NCBI GenBank assembly: GCA_049322335.1
Contig: JBMORL010000103.1
Span: 995-64,994 of the forward strand
DNA: 64,000 bases
Source of the DNA: Bacteroidota bacterium
GTDB taxonomy: Bacteria; Bacteroidota; Bacteroidia; Flavobacteriales_D; UBA2798
Reading direction: 5' to 3'
Below, piece after piece: positions 20,401-30,085 of the stretch. Numbering within the stretch: the first letter of the stretch is position 1; the number at the start of each line of letters is the position of its first letter. Under the pieces are notes generated by a model. The model saw only the letters and a program-made list of their open reading frames with translations. It was not told the origin of the DNA and did no database searches. The translations under genes and the position numbers were made by a program.

Positions 20401-21523
20401 TGTTCCGGTAACCAGCTCGGCTACCGTTCTTACACCGGGAATGGGTTATGATGTGTGGCTGGATACTTTCGGAGATTATACCGTTTTTAATGCTGCAACT
20501 ATCAATACCATTGGAAATCCTAAAACGGGAGCACTAAATCTTTCCGCCAGTATAACACGCGTTAACGATGGCTGGAATCTTGTTGGCAATCCGTATGCTT
20601 CGCATATTTCATGGGATGCACTTTTTGCTTCTTCAACACAAATCGGAAGTACGATCATGATTTTTGATGAAGTACTTGGCGATTACGAAACATTCACTAC
20701 CGGTTCGGGAGTTGAAATTGCACCACACCAGGGATTCTGGATTGAAGCAACAGGTGCCGCTCCTTCTTTTTCATTCACGGAAGCTGTAAAAACTACCACC
20801 AGCGCCAGCCTGTTTAAAAATGCAAAAAATGAATATTTTTCATTAACGGTAAAAAAGAACAAGGCCTCTGCACATCTTTCTTCCACTACTAAATTTGTTT
20901 TCGACTCCAATGCTTCTGCTGATTACATGATGAACGAAGACATTTCCTTTAAAAAAGTTCCGCACCAGTTCGCGCCTTCGCTTTCATCGGTTTCAACTGA
21001 TGGAATTTTCCTGCGCATCAATTCACTTCCCGAAAATTCATTCCACATTTTACCTCTTCAGTTTGTTTGTGGCGAGGAAGGATTACATACCATAAGCGTA
21101 AACAACATCGATTTTGCTGCCCTGCGCGGTTATAATTGTATCCGCCTTGTCGACCGTAAAACCGGAATGGAAACAGATCTTATGGCTGACGAAGAATATG
21201 TTTTTACTGCTTCCAAAAACGATGATCCTTCCCGTTTTGTACTAAAACTATCAAAAGAAAACAACTGCGATGTGTCAACTGCTCAAAATGAAGTTCAGTT
21301 TGGAAATACAGAAAACGGTGTAAATATTATTTTCGATTTCGAAAACGATTATCCGGCAACCGTTAGTCTCACCAATCTTGTAGGCCAGCAGGTGAATGCG
21401 TCTGTTCGGGTGAATTCCACGGGTACGCAGTATTATGCTATGAATGAGCTTTCTTCAGGAGTGTATTTACTCACTGTAACAGTGAACAATAAAAAATTCA
21501 CTCACAAAGTAGTGGTGAAATAA
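17450..21523 (+). CDS. Large T9SS type A cargo: NIDO-like domain, FN3, G8/beta-helix region
   Basis: Signal peptide; IGFDFWYDG...VSTNGF...LAPFYDD...NFQVKLYE; FN3 (VTATSMTVNW...LWPSTLYYWQVYAV); T/G/N-rich beta repeats; GWNLVGNPY; C-terminal TNLVGQQV...LSSGVYLLTV...KVVVK. Confidence 0.88.
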   Translation: MRKPLLIIAFIIFSLSANELFSQSVANYAVTRTTGITYSSISSTGNAVPSWRNNGAFSQDDNRSNFIDIGFDFWYDGTRYTQFSVSTNGFVDFSTSTDDGGPQADDFGYANAAFSTSLAANATRPALAPFYDDMTAQGGVDPLGTSVKYLLSGTAPNRVLTIEWINMAVYLNTTPSLNFQVKLYEKTGVIEYVYGTMTQGTHTFSYTCGINAPTVGLPPTAAQLKTQQTANTTTFTNTAQNNLSTLPANNSRITFTPPVPADPAGSLTFSAVTATSMTVNWTDWATNEVGYAVYNSTDGINYYFVTQVAAGSNNTNVTGLWPSTLYYWQVYAVTEGAVSNAKTGNQSTSAAGNKLSNIANGSWSNAAHWTPVGVPTAADNVTIQNGHIMTIDTDPVCNDLTIGQGTTGTLRIGNNNTARTLTVNGNISVIAGGSFTVNGASNATHTMNFKGKINNNGILNMATDGNSLCNINFNRVNTQTIQGSGAINNFNRITLNIGTGSSDLLDVTSVVFTAPVDFLTLNSGTFRLQNTAATNLTVASANGTFTLPSKTGIWINNANATVNFNGSVQLDGTLRLTSGTVNSGNGPDENIISNGGILVVEGGTLNVAGRYYNTNINTLSRFTITGGTLIVPTSSTTATGQSPFYIDSPGATYTMTGGTIIVRNEGGLGPQNLGFTVTGVSSSTVTGGTLQIGSASTSPNQTISINSIVPVGNLHVNSVNATGQLVTNNLTVVNDVTVTTGTLNANNLNITLGGDWSQYSTFIPGTGTVTFNNSAASVVTGTVPITYNNLTIAGTSTVTANRDLTLNGNFTISSGTFDVSAGNYTLDINRNWVNNGTFTEQQGTVMFTGTLPQTLSGTSSTRFFNQTNNNTAGISVTSGTYSLLNALTLTNGDFNVTGATSYTLLSDATRTSRIAPVAATAGITGNMIIERYISSRVAGYSEFGSPVNSTTIGDWDNELLLVYVYNPPAAYPSVYSYSETLWDYVPVTSSATVLTPGMGYDVWLDTFGDYTVFNAATINTIGNPKTGALNLSASITRVNDGWNLVGNPYASHISWDALFASSTQIGSTIMIFDEVLGDYETFTTGSGVEIAPHQGFWIEATGAAPSFSFTEAVKTTTSASLFKNAKNEYFSLTVKKNKASAHLSSTTKFVFDSNASADYMMNEDISFKKVPHQFAPSLSSVSTDGIFLRINSLPENSFHILPLQFVCGEEGLHTISVNNIDFAALRGYNCIRLVDRKTGMETDLMADEEYVFTASKNDDPSRFVLKLSKENNCDVSTAQNEVQFGNTENGVNIIFDFENDYPATVSLTNLVGQQVNASVRVNSTGTQYYAMNELSSGVYLLTVTVNNKKFTHKVVVK

Positions 21524-21612
21524 ATTAATCCTGAAATTTAAGGCTTATTTTTTTGGTTTAATCTAACGCAACATCAATTATCCGTCTCTTTACTGTAAAC
21601 ATACATGGAAAT

Positions 21613-21838
21613 GCAAGATGCCGCTCCTGGCGGAGCTTAATATCATTTGAAATTCAATTCTACAGAGATGTCGCTCCAGGCGGAGCCGATTCAAAATTCA
21701 AATGCAATGATACAAAGATGACTCTTATTACGAATCTTGTTATCAACGCAATTTCACAGAGGTCCCGTTAGGGGACGACATCTTTGTAGCTAAATAAGTT
21801 ATTAAGAAATTTGAGCTCCGAAAGGAGCGACATCTTGC
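21613..21838. repeat. Cluster of five REP-like palindromic units in nested inverted arrangement
   Basis: Forward units GCAAGATGCCGCTCCTGGCGGAGCT (21613), CTACAGAGATGTCGCTCCAGGCGGAGCC (21660) and degenerate TACAAAGATGAC (21711). Reverse units at 21761-21790 and 21813-21838. Confidence 0.85.
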
Positions 21839-21914
21839 GTTTTCTTTCGTTACCAATTGCTCATGGTAAAGATTAATAACAAATCATTCAACCACAAAGT
21901 ATGTGGTGAAAAAA

Positions 21915-23141
21915 TCAAGCCGATATTTTTTCCTTTTCGCTGATAACTGTTCTTCCCGGGTAAACTTTCAGCGCTTCTGCCAGAACAATCACGGAATTTT
22001 TCAACGATTCTTTATTCAGCACATAAGCCAGGCGCACTTCCTGTTGTCCCAATCCTTTGGTGGCATAAAAACCGGTAGCAGGAGCCATCATTACCGTTTG
22101 TCCTTCGAATGAAAACTCTTCCAGCATCCACTGGCAGAATTTATCGGAATTATCAATGGGTAATTTGGCCATGGCATAAAATGCGCCTCCGGGTTTGGGA
22201 CAAATCACTCCCGGAATTTTATTTAAACCATCTATCAGGATATTTCTTCTTTCTACGTATTCCTTCACCACGTTATCAAAATATTCTTTCGGTGTTTCCA
22301 GTGCAGCTTCAGAGGCAACTTGTCCGAATGTTGGTGGACTCAACCGTGCTTGTCCGAATTTGAGTGCGGCTGCCATCAGTTCTTTGTTCCGGCTGATGAT
22401 AGCACCAATTCTTGCCCCGCACATACTATATCGTTTAGAAACTGAATCCACCAGCACAACATTATTTTCAATTCCAGAAAGATTCATAGCCGAATGGGGA
22501 ACTGCGCCATCGTAACAAAATTCGCGGTACACTTCATCGGCAAATAAAAACAAGTCGTGTTTTTTTACAATATCGCGCAATTGTTCCAGTTCATTCTTCG
22601 AATAAAGATATCCGGTTGGATTTCCCGGGTTGCAAATCAGAATGGCTTTTGTTTTTGGAGTGATCAGTTTTTCGAATTCGGCAATGGGAGGGAGAGCGTA
22701 TCCGTTCTCAATTTTGGCAGTTACCGGAACAACGGTTACACCTGCGGCAACGGCAAACCCGTTATAATTGGCATAAAAAGGTTCGGGAATAATTACCTCA
22801 TCTCCGGGATTCAGGCAAGTCATAAAACCAAAAATCAATGCTTCAGAACCTCCCGTGGTAATGATGATATCGTTATGAGTGATATCAATTCCGTTTTTTT
22901 TGTAATAGGCCGCCAGTCCTTTTCTGTACGATTCATTTCCCGCACTGTGGCTGTATTCTACCACTTTAAGATCGAGATCTTTCATTTTTTTTCTCACGAT
23001 CTCAGGGGTTTCAATGTCGGGTTGCCCGATGTTGAGGTGATAGACTTTTATTCCTCTTTTCTTGGCTTCTTCCGAATAGGGAACCAGTTTCCGGATAGGC
23101 GAGGGGGGCATCAGCTCTGCTTTGCGTGAAATGGAAGGCAT
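21915..23141 (-). CDS. PLP-dependent aminotransferase class I/II (aspartate aminotransferase-like)
   Basis: Likely start ATG 23141 (MPSISRKA). LNIGQPD, NPGNPTG, ADEVY, SVSKRYSMCGARIG (PLP lysine). Confidence 0.93.
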   Translation of the reverse strand: MPSISRKAELMPPSPIRKLVPYSEEAKKRGIKVYHLNIGQPDIETPEIVRKKMKDLDLKVVEYSHSAGNESYRKGLAAYYKKNGIDITHNDIIITTGGSEALIFGFMTCLNPGDEVIIPEPFYANYNGFAVAAGVTVVPVTAKIENGYALPPIAEFEKLITPKTKAILICNPGNPTGYLYSKNELEQLRDIVKKHDLFLFADEVYREFCYDGAVPHSAMNLSGIENNVVLVDSVSKRYSMCGARIGAIISRNKELMAAALKFGQARLSPPTFGQVASEAALETPKEYFDNVVKEYVERRNILIDGLNKIPGVICPKPGGAFYAMAKLPIDNSDKFCQWMLEEFSFEGQTVMMAPATGFYATKGLGQQEVRLAYVLNKESLKNSVIVLAEALKVYPGRTVISEKEKISA

Positions 23142-23194
23142 GGCAAATAATTTAGGCCACAAAAGTACAAAATGAAAGGGAAAAAGCACGAAAC

Positions 23195-23680
23195 TCAGTC
23201 GAGGATAACCACCTTTTGACTGATTTTTGCATTTTCGGGAAGAGCAGGAACTGAAACCAGCTGAAGGTAGTGGAATCCTCCCGCCCGGCAGCCTCCGTAT
23301 TTTACGGTTACGGTAATTGTAAATTCGGTTTCATTTTCTTTTTTCCAGTCAAATTCAAAAGTGGAATGACAATCAATTCCTGAATAGCTGATAAGGATAA
23401 TGGATCGTTTTGAAAAATCGAAATCGGCTGGAGGCATGGGATCAATGGGTTCCATCGAACGGCATCCGATCTCACCACTATTGATAAAGTGATTTAAAGA
23501 ATCTTTTGTGCGGATAACAACAACTTCATTATTATTAATTCTTGAAATCTCATAACCGGGACACGCATAAACATATCCCATAAGTTCATGGCTTGCGGTT
23601 TTTTTTTCTGCAACAGAGTCTTGCGGATAGCAAAACCCGCTGCTAAAAAATAAAATAATATAAAACAATACTGATTTCAT
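23195..23680 (-). CDS. Secreted hypothetical protein, possibly PrcB C-terminal-like
   Basis: Signal peptide; DFDFSKRSIILI...C...TVTVKYGGC...LVSVP pattern; 4-bp overlap with the upstream gene. Confidence 0.6.
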   Translation of the reverse strand: MKSVLFYIILFFSSGFCYPQDSVAEKKTASHELMGYVYACPGYEISRINNNEVVVIRTKDSLNHFINSGEIGCRSMEPIDPMPPADFDFSKRSIILISYSGIDCHSTFEFDWKKENETEFTITVTVKYGGCRAGGFHYLQLVSVPALPENAKISQKVVILD

Positions 23681-24051
23681 TTCTTATTATCCACCACAAT
23701 TTTAAAGCGTAACGTATAAGGTGAGTTTTCTGCATTGGAGTATACATCCAGCGTGCGGTCCTGGTAGCCGATTTTTCCTTTGGTGTCGAATGTAACTTTT
23801 ATCACTCCTGTTCCATCGGGAGGAATGGGGTCTTTGGGGAATTCAAACTTTGTACAACTGCACTGTACTTTTATTTCTTTAATGATCAGCGGGGCTTTTC
23901 CGTGGTTCATAAACGTAAATTGAAAATGCACCACTTCACCTTCTTTTGTTTTGGGAAGTTTAATGGTGCGGTCTAAAACTGAAAACTCCGCAACCTGCGT
24001 GAAAGCAAGTGCGGAGTTCAGTATAAAAAAGGCCAAAAAGATACGTTTCAT
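23677..24051 (-). CDS. DUF1573 domain protein
   Basis: Signal peptide; FTFMNHGKAPLII...QCSCT...PIPPDGTGVIKVTFDT. Confidence 0.88.
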   Translation of the reverse strand: MKRIFLAFFILNSALAFTQVAEFSVLDRTIKLPKTKEGEVVHFQFTFMNHGKAPLIIKEIKVQCSCTKFEFPKDPIPPDGTGVIKVTFDTKGKIGYQDRTLDVYSNAENSPYTLRFKIVVDNKK

Positions 24052-24054
24052 TTA

Positions 24055-24513
24055 TTATTGTCCACCTTCTTTAAGGATGGTGCTGCCATTGGTATTTACG
24101 GGTGCACCGCCACCTTCAACAGCTTCCACATTTCCTTTGATGCGGAGGATTTTGGTAGGATTTTCCACTGCATTCGATTCAACGGTAACGGTTTTGTTGA
24201 TGGGGCCAACACGTTTGGTATCGTATTTCACCTTGATTACTGCTGATTCGCCCGGTTTAATGGGTTGCTTGGGCCAATCGGGAACAGTACATCCGCAGGA
24301 ACCTTTGGCATTGGAAATGATCAAAGGAGCATTTCCTGTATTGGTGAATTTAAATTCACATTCACCATTTCCGGATTGTTTGATAGTTCCGTAGTCGTGA
24401 ACTTCTTTATCGAAAGAAATTTCAGGGCCTGCTGCGTTTTGGGCTTTTACCACCGATCCGCCAGTGAAGGCAGCCAGCATCAGGATTCCGAAGGATAAGG
24501 CTAACTTTTTCAT
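24055..24513 (-). CDS. DUF1573 domain protein
   Basis: HDYGTI...FKFTNTGNAPLII...SCGCTVP.W..QPIKPGES.VIKVKYD. Confidence 0.92.
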   Translation of the reverse strand: MKKLALSFGILMLAAFTGGSVVKAQNAAGPEISFDKEVHDYGTIKQSGNGECEFKFTNTGNAPLIISNAKGSCGCTVPDWPKQPIKPGESAVIKVKYDTKRVGPINKTVTVESNAVENPTKILRIKGNVEAVEGGGAPVNTNGSTILKEGGQ

Positions 24514-24607
24514 GTGTTAAGTTTTTTGATTTCTGTTTAACAGTAACAAATTTAATGCCTTTTTTCGGCAATTCCTATGGCTTAACAAATCATTAACAAC
24601 CCTCTGC

Positions 24608-25054
24608 CTATTTGTCAACAGGCATTCCCTCAGTAGTTTTCACCGGAGCCCCGTTCCCTTCAAAAGCTTCGATTGTCCCTTTGAATTTAAGGGTAATCTC
24701 CGGGTGTTCAGGGTCGTTGCAGGTAACTACCACCGATTTGTTAAAAGGCCCCACCCGCTTCGAATCATACTGAAGCACTATAAATCCTGTTTTCCCGGGT
24801 GCTACAGGCTCTTTTGTCCAGTTGGGAGTGGTGCATCCGCAGGTTCTCTTCACGTCTGTGATCACCAGGGGAGCATCGCCCGTATTGGTAAAAACGTATT
24901 TGTGCTCAACATCCGACCCCTGTTTCCGTGTTCCGAAATCATACATGTCGTGTTCGAAACTGATTTGAGGTGCAGCGATGTTTTTTTTGTTATCCGGGGC
25001 CGGCATAAATGCCATCAGTGCCACCGAAAAGAGAGAAAGAATCATTGTTTTCAT
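24608..25054 (-). CDS. DUF1573 domain protein
   Basis: YDFGT...FTNTGDAPLVI...TCGCTTP.W..EPVAPGKTG. Confidence 0.92.
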   Translation of the reverse strand: MKTMILSLFSVALMAFMPAPDNKKNIAAPQISFEHDMYDFGTRKQGSDVEHKYVFTNTGDAPLVITDVKRTCGCTTPNWTKEPVAPGKTGFIVLQYDSKRVGPFNKSVVVTCNDPEHPEITLKFKGTIEAFEGNGAPVKTTEGMPVDK

Positions 25055-25179
25055 AGTTATTGATTTTTAATTATGACACAAATGTATTCCGCATTTATAC
25101 CACCCTTCCCGGCTTTAACTTTGGCGTAACAGGGATTAACATTTCATTAGCAATAAGTCTCACACCACAGGCATTTTTC

Positions 25180-25187
25180 TAAATTTG
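25180..25187 (+). promoter_or_regulatory. Bacteroidota -7 promoter box for valS
   Basis: TAAATTTG, 20 bp upstream of ATG 25208. Confidence 0.55.
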
Positions 25188-25207
25188 CAGTCCTAAACAC
25201 AGCAGAA

Positions 25208-27844
25208 ATGGAAATCCCCAAAAAATTTGAACCGGGCGTTGCCGAAGAGAAATGGTATAAAGCATGGATGGATAACGGCTTTTTCCGTTCGGTTCCTGAT
25301 GGGCGCGAACCATATTCTGTAGTTATTCCGCCTCCCAATGTAACAGGTATCCTGCACATGGGACACATGCTTAATAATACGATACAGGATGTTTTGATAA
25401 GAAGGGCGCGCATGCTGGGAAAAAATGCCTGCTGGGTGCCGGGCACCGACCACGCTTCTATTGCCACCGAAGCAAAAGTGGTAAATAAATTACGCGAGCA
25501 GGGAATTAAGAAAAGTGATCTCACACGCGAAGAATTTCTGCAACACGCCTGGGACTGGACCGAAAAACACGGGGGAATTATTCTCGAACAATTAAAAAAA
25601 CTGGGAGCTTCGTGCGATTGGGACCGTACGCGTTTTACTATGGACCAACAGTATTACGATAGTGTAATAGATGTTTTTATTGACCTGTATGAAAAGGGAA
25701 AGATATACCGCGGTGTGCGCATGATCAACTGGGATCCGGAAGCTTTAACTGCACTTTCTGATGAAGAAGTTGTTCATAAAGAAGTAAACTCCAAATTATT
25801 TTATGTGCGCTATAAAGTAGATGGAACCGAAGATGAATGGCTCACTATTGCTACTACGCGCCCCGAAACCATTTTGGCCGACACTGCACTTTGTGTTCAT
25901 CCCAAAGATGAACGATATAAAAATTTCATTGGAAAAAAAGCGCTTGTTCCTGTTGTTAACCGGCTGGTGCCTATTATTGCCGATGAATACATTGATATGG
26001 AATTTGGAACAGGATGCTTGAAAGTAACACCGGCACACGATACCAACGACTACGAATTAAGCAAAAAACATAATCTCGAAGTAATTGATATCTTACACGA
26101 TAACGGAAAGCTCAACGATCATGCACTACATTATTCGGGGAAAGACCGTTTTAAAGTAAGAAAAGAAATTGCGGTAGAGCTGAATGAAAATGGTTATCTC
26201 GTAAAAACAGAAGATCATATCAATAAAATCGGTTTTTCTGAACGTACTGATGCGGTGATTGAACCGAAATTGTCGCTGCAATGGTTTGTGAGTATGAAAG
26301 AACTTTCAAAACCCGCTTTGGATAATGTGATGAAAGGTACGATTCGCTTTTATCCTGATAAATTTAAAAATACCTATCGCCACTGGATGGGGAACATCAA
26401 AGACTGGTGTATTTCGCGACAGTTGTGGTGGGGGCATCGTATTCCCGCGTTTTATTTTGGCAAAGGCCCGAATGATTTTGTAGTGGCAAAGAATGAAGAA
26501 CAGGCCGTAGAAAAAGCAAAAGCAAAGACCGGAAACCAGAAACTAACGGCAAACGACTTAAAGCAGGACGAAGATGTGCTGGATACATGGTTCTCTTCCT
26601 GGCTCTGGCCTATCAGTGTATTTGACACCGAAGTATATACCACACATAAGAAAAATGAAGAACTGAAGTACTACTATCCTACCAATGATCTGGTAACTGC
26701 TCCCGAAATTATGTTTTTCTGGGTGGCACGAATGATTATTGCCGGGTATGAATACATGGGCGAATTTCCCTTTCGTAATGTGTATTATACAGGAATTGTA
26801 CGCGATAAACTGGGCAGAAAGATGTCGAAGTCACTCGGAAATTCTCCCGATTCGCTGGAATTGATCGAAAAGTATTCGGCAGATGGCGTTCGTGTGGGAA
26901 TGCTGTTGAGTTCTCCGGCCGGAAACGATTTACTGTTCGACAGTGCCCAATGCGAACAGGGAAGAAATTTTTCGAATAAACTATGGAACGCTTTTCGCCT
27001 GGTAAAAGGATGGAAAGCGGAAGAAATGGAACAGACTAACGGTAACCGGGTTTCTGTAGACTGGTTCAGGGCCAGGTTTAACCTGCAACTGGCTGAAATC
27101 AACGAACATTTTGAGAAATTCAGGATTTCGGATGCGCTGATGTCGGTATACAAGCTGATATGGGATGATTTCTGTTCGTGGTACCTCGAAATGATCAAAC
27201 CCGGGTTTGAAGCGCCCATTGATTCGAAAACGTATAACGCTACCATTGCGTTTTTTGAAGATATTCTGAAAGCGGTTCATCCTTTTATGCCATTTATTTC
27301 GGAAGAAATATGGCAACACCTGAAAGAAAGGAAAAACGACTTTCTGATTGTGGCACCATGGCCGGAAGTGAAAACAGCGGATGAAAAAATTATTGAGCGA
27401 TTCAACAGAGCAGAAGCTGTTATTACGCAGGTAAGAGCTATCCGCAACGAAAAAAATATTGCCTTTAAGGTAAAACTTGAACTGGTGGTGAAAGGAAATG
27501 AATCGCCCGATAAGGATTTTGATGAAATTATTCAGAAGCTTTGTAATCTTTCTCACCTTCATTACAGGAATGAAAAAGTAAATAATGCATTCACTTTTGT
27601 AAGCGGAACACAGGAGTATTTTATTCCTTTCAGCAACGAGGTAGATGTAAAAGACGAACTTAAATCGCTGAAAGATGAGCTGGAATATACCAAAGGATTC
27701 CTCAGGAGTGTGGAGAAAAAACTCGGGAATGAACGTTTTGTAAGTGGTGCACCGGTTACAGTAGTGGAGATGGAAAAAAAGAAGCAACAGGATGCCATTG
27801 CGCGGATAAAACTACTGGAGGAAAAGATATCGCATCTGAACTGA
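25208..27844 (+). CDS. valS: Valine--tRNA ligase
   Basis: [13 protein letters not shown] (HIGH-like), [30 protein letters not shown]-terminal coiled coil. Confidence 0.98.
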   Translation: MEIPKKFEPGVAEEKWYKAWMDNGFFRSVPDGREPYSVVIPPPNVTGILHMGHMLNNTIQDVLIRRARMLGKNACWVPGTDHASIATEAKVVNKLREQGIKKSDLTREEFLQHAWDWTEKHGGIILEQLKKLGASCDWDRTRFTMDQQYYDSVIDVFIDLYEKGKIYRGVRMINWDPEALTALSDEEVVHKEVNSKLFYVRYKVDGTEDEWLTIATTRPETILADTALCVHPKDERYKNFIGKKALVPVVNRLVPIIADEYIDMEFGTGCLKVTPAHDTNDYELSKKHNLEVIDILHDNGKLNDHALHYSGKDRFKVRKEIAVELNENGYLVKTEDHINKIGFSERTDAVIEPKLSLQWFVSMKELSKPALDNVMKGTIRFYPDKFKNTYRHWMGNIKDWCISRQLWWGHRIPAFYFGKGPNDFVVAKNEEQAVEKAKAKTGNQKLTANDLKQDEDVLDTWFSSWLWPISVFDTEVYTTHKKNEELKYYYPTNDLVTAPEIMFFWVARMIIAGYEYMGEFPFRNVYYTGIVRDKLGRKMSKSLGNSPDSLELIEKYSADGVRVGMLLSSPAGNDLLFDSAQCEQGRNFSNKLWNAFRLVKGWKAEEMEQTNGNRVSVDWFRARFNLQLAEINEHFEKFRISDALMSVYKLIWDDFCSWYLEMIKPGFEAPIDSKTYNATIAFFEDILKAVHPFMPFISEEIWQHLKERKNDFLIVAPWPEVKTADEKIIERFNRAEAVITQVRAIRNEKNIAFKVKLELVVKGNESPDKDFDEIIQKLCNLSHLHYRNEKVNNAFTFVSGTQEYFIPFSNEVDVKDELKSLKDELEYTKGFLRSVEKKLGNERFVSGAPVTVVEMEKKKQQDAIARIKLLEEKISHLN

Positions 27845-27908
27845 CATCAGGTGCTGCGCCATATTTAATTTAAATTTAATTTTCAGATAATACTAAAACT
27901 GCATTTTC

Positions 27909-30002
27909 GTGGCCAAAAAGAAGAAAGAAAAGTTGGGAAAGAAGCTCGAAAAATTCGATGTAGTGAACCGTGACCTGAGCTGGTTGTCGTTTAATGCACG
28001 GGTTTTACAGGAAGCAGCAGACAGTTCCGTTCCATTGATTGAAAGGATGAGATTCCTGGGTATTTTTTCCAATAACCTGGATGAATTTTTTCGTGTACGC
28101 GTAGCTACTTTAAAACGGTTGATGGTGGTGGGCAATAAATCGCAAAAGGAATTTGGTTTTCAGCCTAAAAAAATACTTGATAAGATTCATAAAAATGTGG
28201 TGGAGCAGCAGCAGCAGTTTGACAGGATATTTAAAACAATTGTAAAGGAACTGGAGAAAAAAGGTATTTATCATAAAGACGAGACACAACTCAGCGAAGA
28301 GCAGGGAAATTTTGTAAGAGAATATTTTCAAACCACTATCCGTCAAACACTGGTTCCGGTGATGATGGATAAAAAAAGCAAATTACCCGCTTTAAAAGAT
28401 AAGGTCATTTATTTTGCAATCAAACTGGGATATAAAAAAAATCCCGATGACTTTCATTATTCGCTCATAGAAGTTCCTTCGCAGGTGGTTTCCCGTTTTT
28501 TGGTTTTGCCTAAAGAAAAAGACCGCATTTCCTTTATGCTGCTGGACGATGTGATCCGCTATTGCCTGGATGACATTTTTTCTATTTTCGATTACGACCG
28601 TTACGAAGCCTATACAATTAAACTTACCCGTGATGCCGAACTGGATATTGACCAGGACGTATCACAAAGTTTTATTGATAAAGTTTCCAAAAGCCTTAAA
28701 AAAAGAAAACACGGACAACCTGTTCGTTTTATTTACGATGAAAAAATTCCAAAGGATTTGCTTGGATTTATTCTGAAAAAATTAAAATTGGTTGATACCG
28801 GAAATATTATTGCAGGCGGACGCTATCATAACTTTAAGGATTTTATAAAATTCCCGGGAATGGGCGATCCTTCACTGCAGTATGAACCACTTCCTCCCTT
28901 ACCACACTGGAGCCTTGCCGGCCAGCGCAGTATGTTTGATGTGATCAAAAGAAAAGACGTGGTATTAAGTTTTCCCTATCATTCATTTAATTATATCATT
29001 GAATTATTGCGCCAGGCCGCTATCGACCCGCAGGTGATTTCCATACAAATTAATTTGTATCGCGTGGGAGAAAAATCACGAATCGTCAACGCACTGGTAA
29101 ATGCCGCAAAAAACGGCAAGGAAGTTACAGCGGTAGTGGAATTGCAGGCGCGTTTTGATGAAGAAAACAATATCAAACTCTCGCATAAATTACAGGATGA
29201 AGGGGTGCGCGTGATTTTCGGAGTGCCGGGATTAAAAGTTCATTCCAAACTTATTCTCATCAGGAGAAAAGAAAGAAAATCAGAACAACTATACGCCCAT
29301 GTTGGCACAGGAAATTTTCATGAAACCAATGCACTGATTTATGGCGATCATTCATTGCTTACCTGCGATGACCGTATCACTTACGAAGTGGAAAAAGTAT
29401 TTGAGTTCTTCCTTAAAAATTACGAACGCGCCAATTTTAAATATCTTTTCGTTTCACCATTTAATATGCGTAAACGACTTATTGAATTAATCGGTGAAGA
29501 GATCAGCAATGCCAAACGGCAACACGATGCATATATTATTTTAAAACTGAATAACCTGGTAGACGAAGAACTTATCAAACATTTATATAAAGCCAGTAAT
29601 GCCGGTGTAAAAATAAAACTGATTATAAGAGGAATTTGCTCGCTTATTCCCGGTGTAAAAGGTATGAGTGAAAATATCGAGGCAGTAAGTATTATTGATC
29701 GTTTTTTGGAACACGCGCGGGTATTTGTTTTTTGCAGTGACGGAAAAGAATTGGTTTATATTTCCTCTGCAGACTGGATGAGCAGGAATATCGATGGCCG
29801 GATAGAAGTAAGTACTCCGGTGTTTGATCCCGAAGTGAAACAAACTATCCTGGATGTGATCGGTATACAATTGCAGGGAAATGCCAAGGCGAGAATTATT
29901 GATAAGACCCAGAGCAATTCCTACAAAAGAAAGCCCGGAGAACCCTTATTCCGCTCGCAGGTAGAAACCTGGCATTACTTTAACAACAAGCTTTTAAAGT
30001 AA
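27909..30002 (+). CDS. ppk1: Polyphosphate kinase 1
   Basis: NRDLSWLSFNARVL, NNLDEFFRVRVA, ELQARFDEENN, LKVHSK, DRFLEHAR, SSADWMSRN. GTG start. Confidence 0.97.
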   Translation: MAKKKKEKLGKKLEKFDVVNRDLSWLSFNARVLQEAADSSVPLIERMRFLGIFSNNLDEFFRVRVATLKRLMVVGNKSQKEFGFQPKKILDKIHKNVVEQQQQFDRIFKTIVKELEKKGIYHKDETQLSEEQGNFVREYFQTTIRQTLVPVMMDKKSKLPALKDKVIYFAIKLGYKKNPDDFHYSLIEVPSQVVSRFLVLPKEKDRISFMLLDDVIRYCLDDIFSIFDYDRYEAYTIKLTRDAELDIDQDVSQSFIDKVSKSLKKRKHGQPVRFIYDEKIPKDLLGFILKKLKLVDTGNIIAGGRYHNFKDFIKFPGMGDPSLQYEPLPPLPHWSLAGQRSMFDVIKRKDVVLSFPYHSFNYIIELLRQAAIDPQVISIQINLYRVGEKSRIVNALVNAAKNGKEVTAVVELQARFDEENNIKLSHKLQDEGVRVIFGVPGLKVHSKLILIRRKERKSEQLYAHVGTGNFHETNALIYGDHSLLTCDDRITYEVEKVFEFFLKNYERANFKYLFVSPFNMRKRLIELIGEEISNAKRQHDAYIILKLNNLVDEELIKHLYKASNAGVKIKLIIRGICSLIPGVKGMSENIEAVSIIDRFLEHARVFVFCSDGKELVYISSADWMSRNIDGRIEVSTPVFDPEVKQTILDVIGIQLQGNAKARIIDKTQSNSYKRKPGEPLFRSQVETWHYFNNKLLK

Positions 30003-30085
30003 CTTGTTAACAATCGGGCAGAGTTTTCAAGGGTATTTTTTACTTCTCACAGCATCATTCTACCTTAGCAAAAAATCATTGAGAA

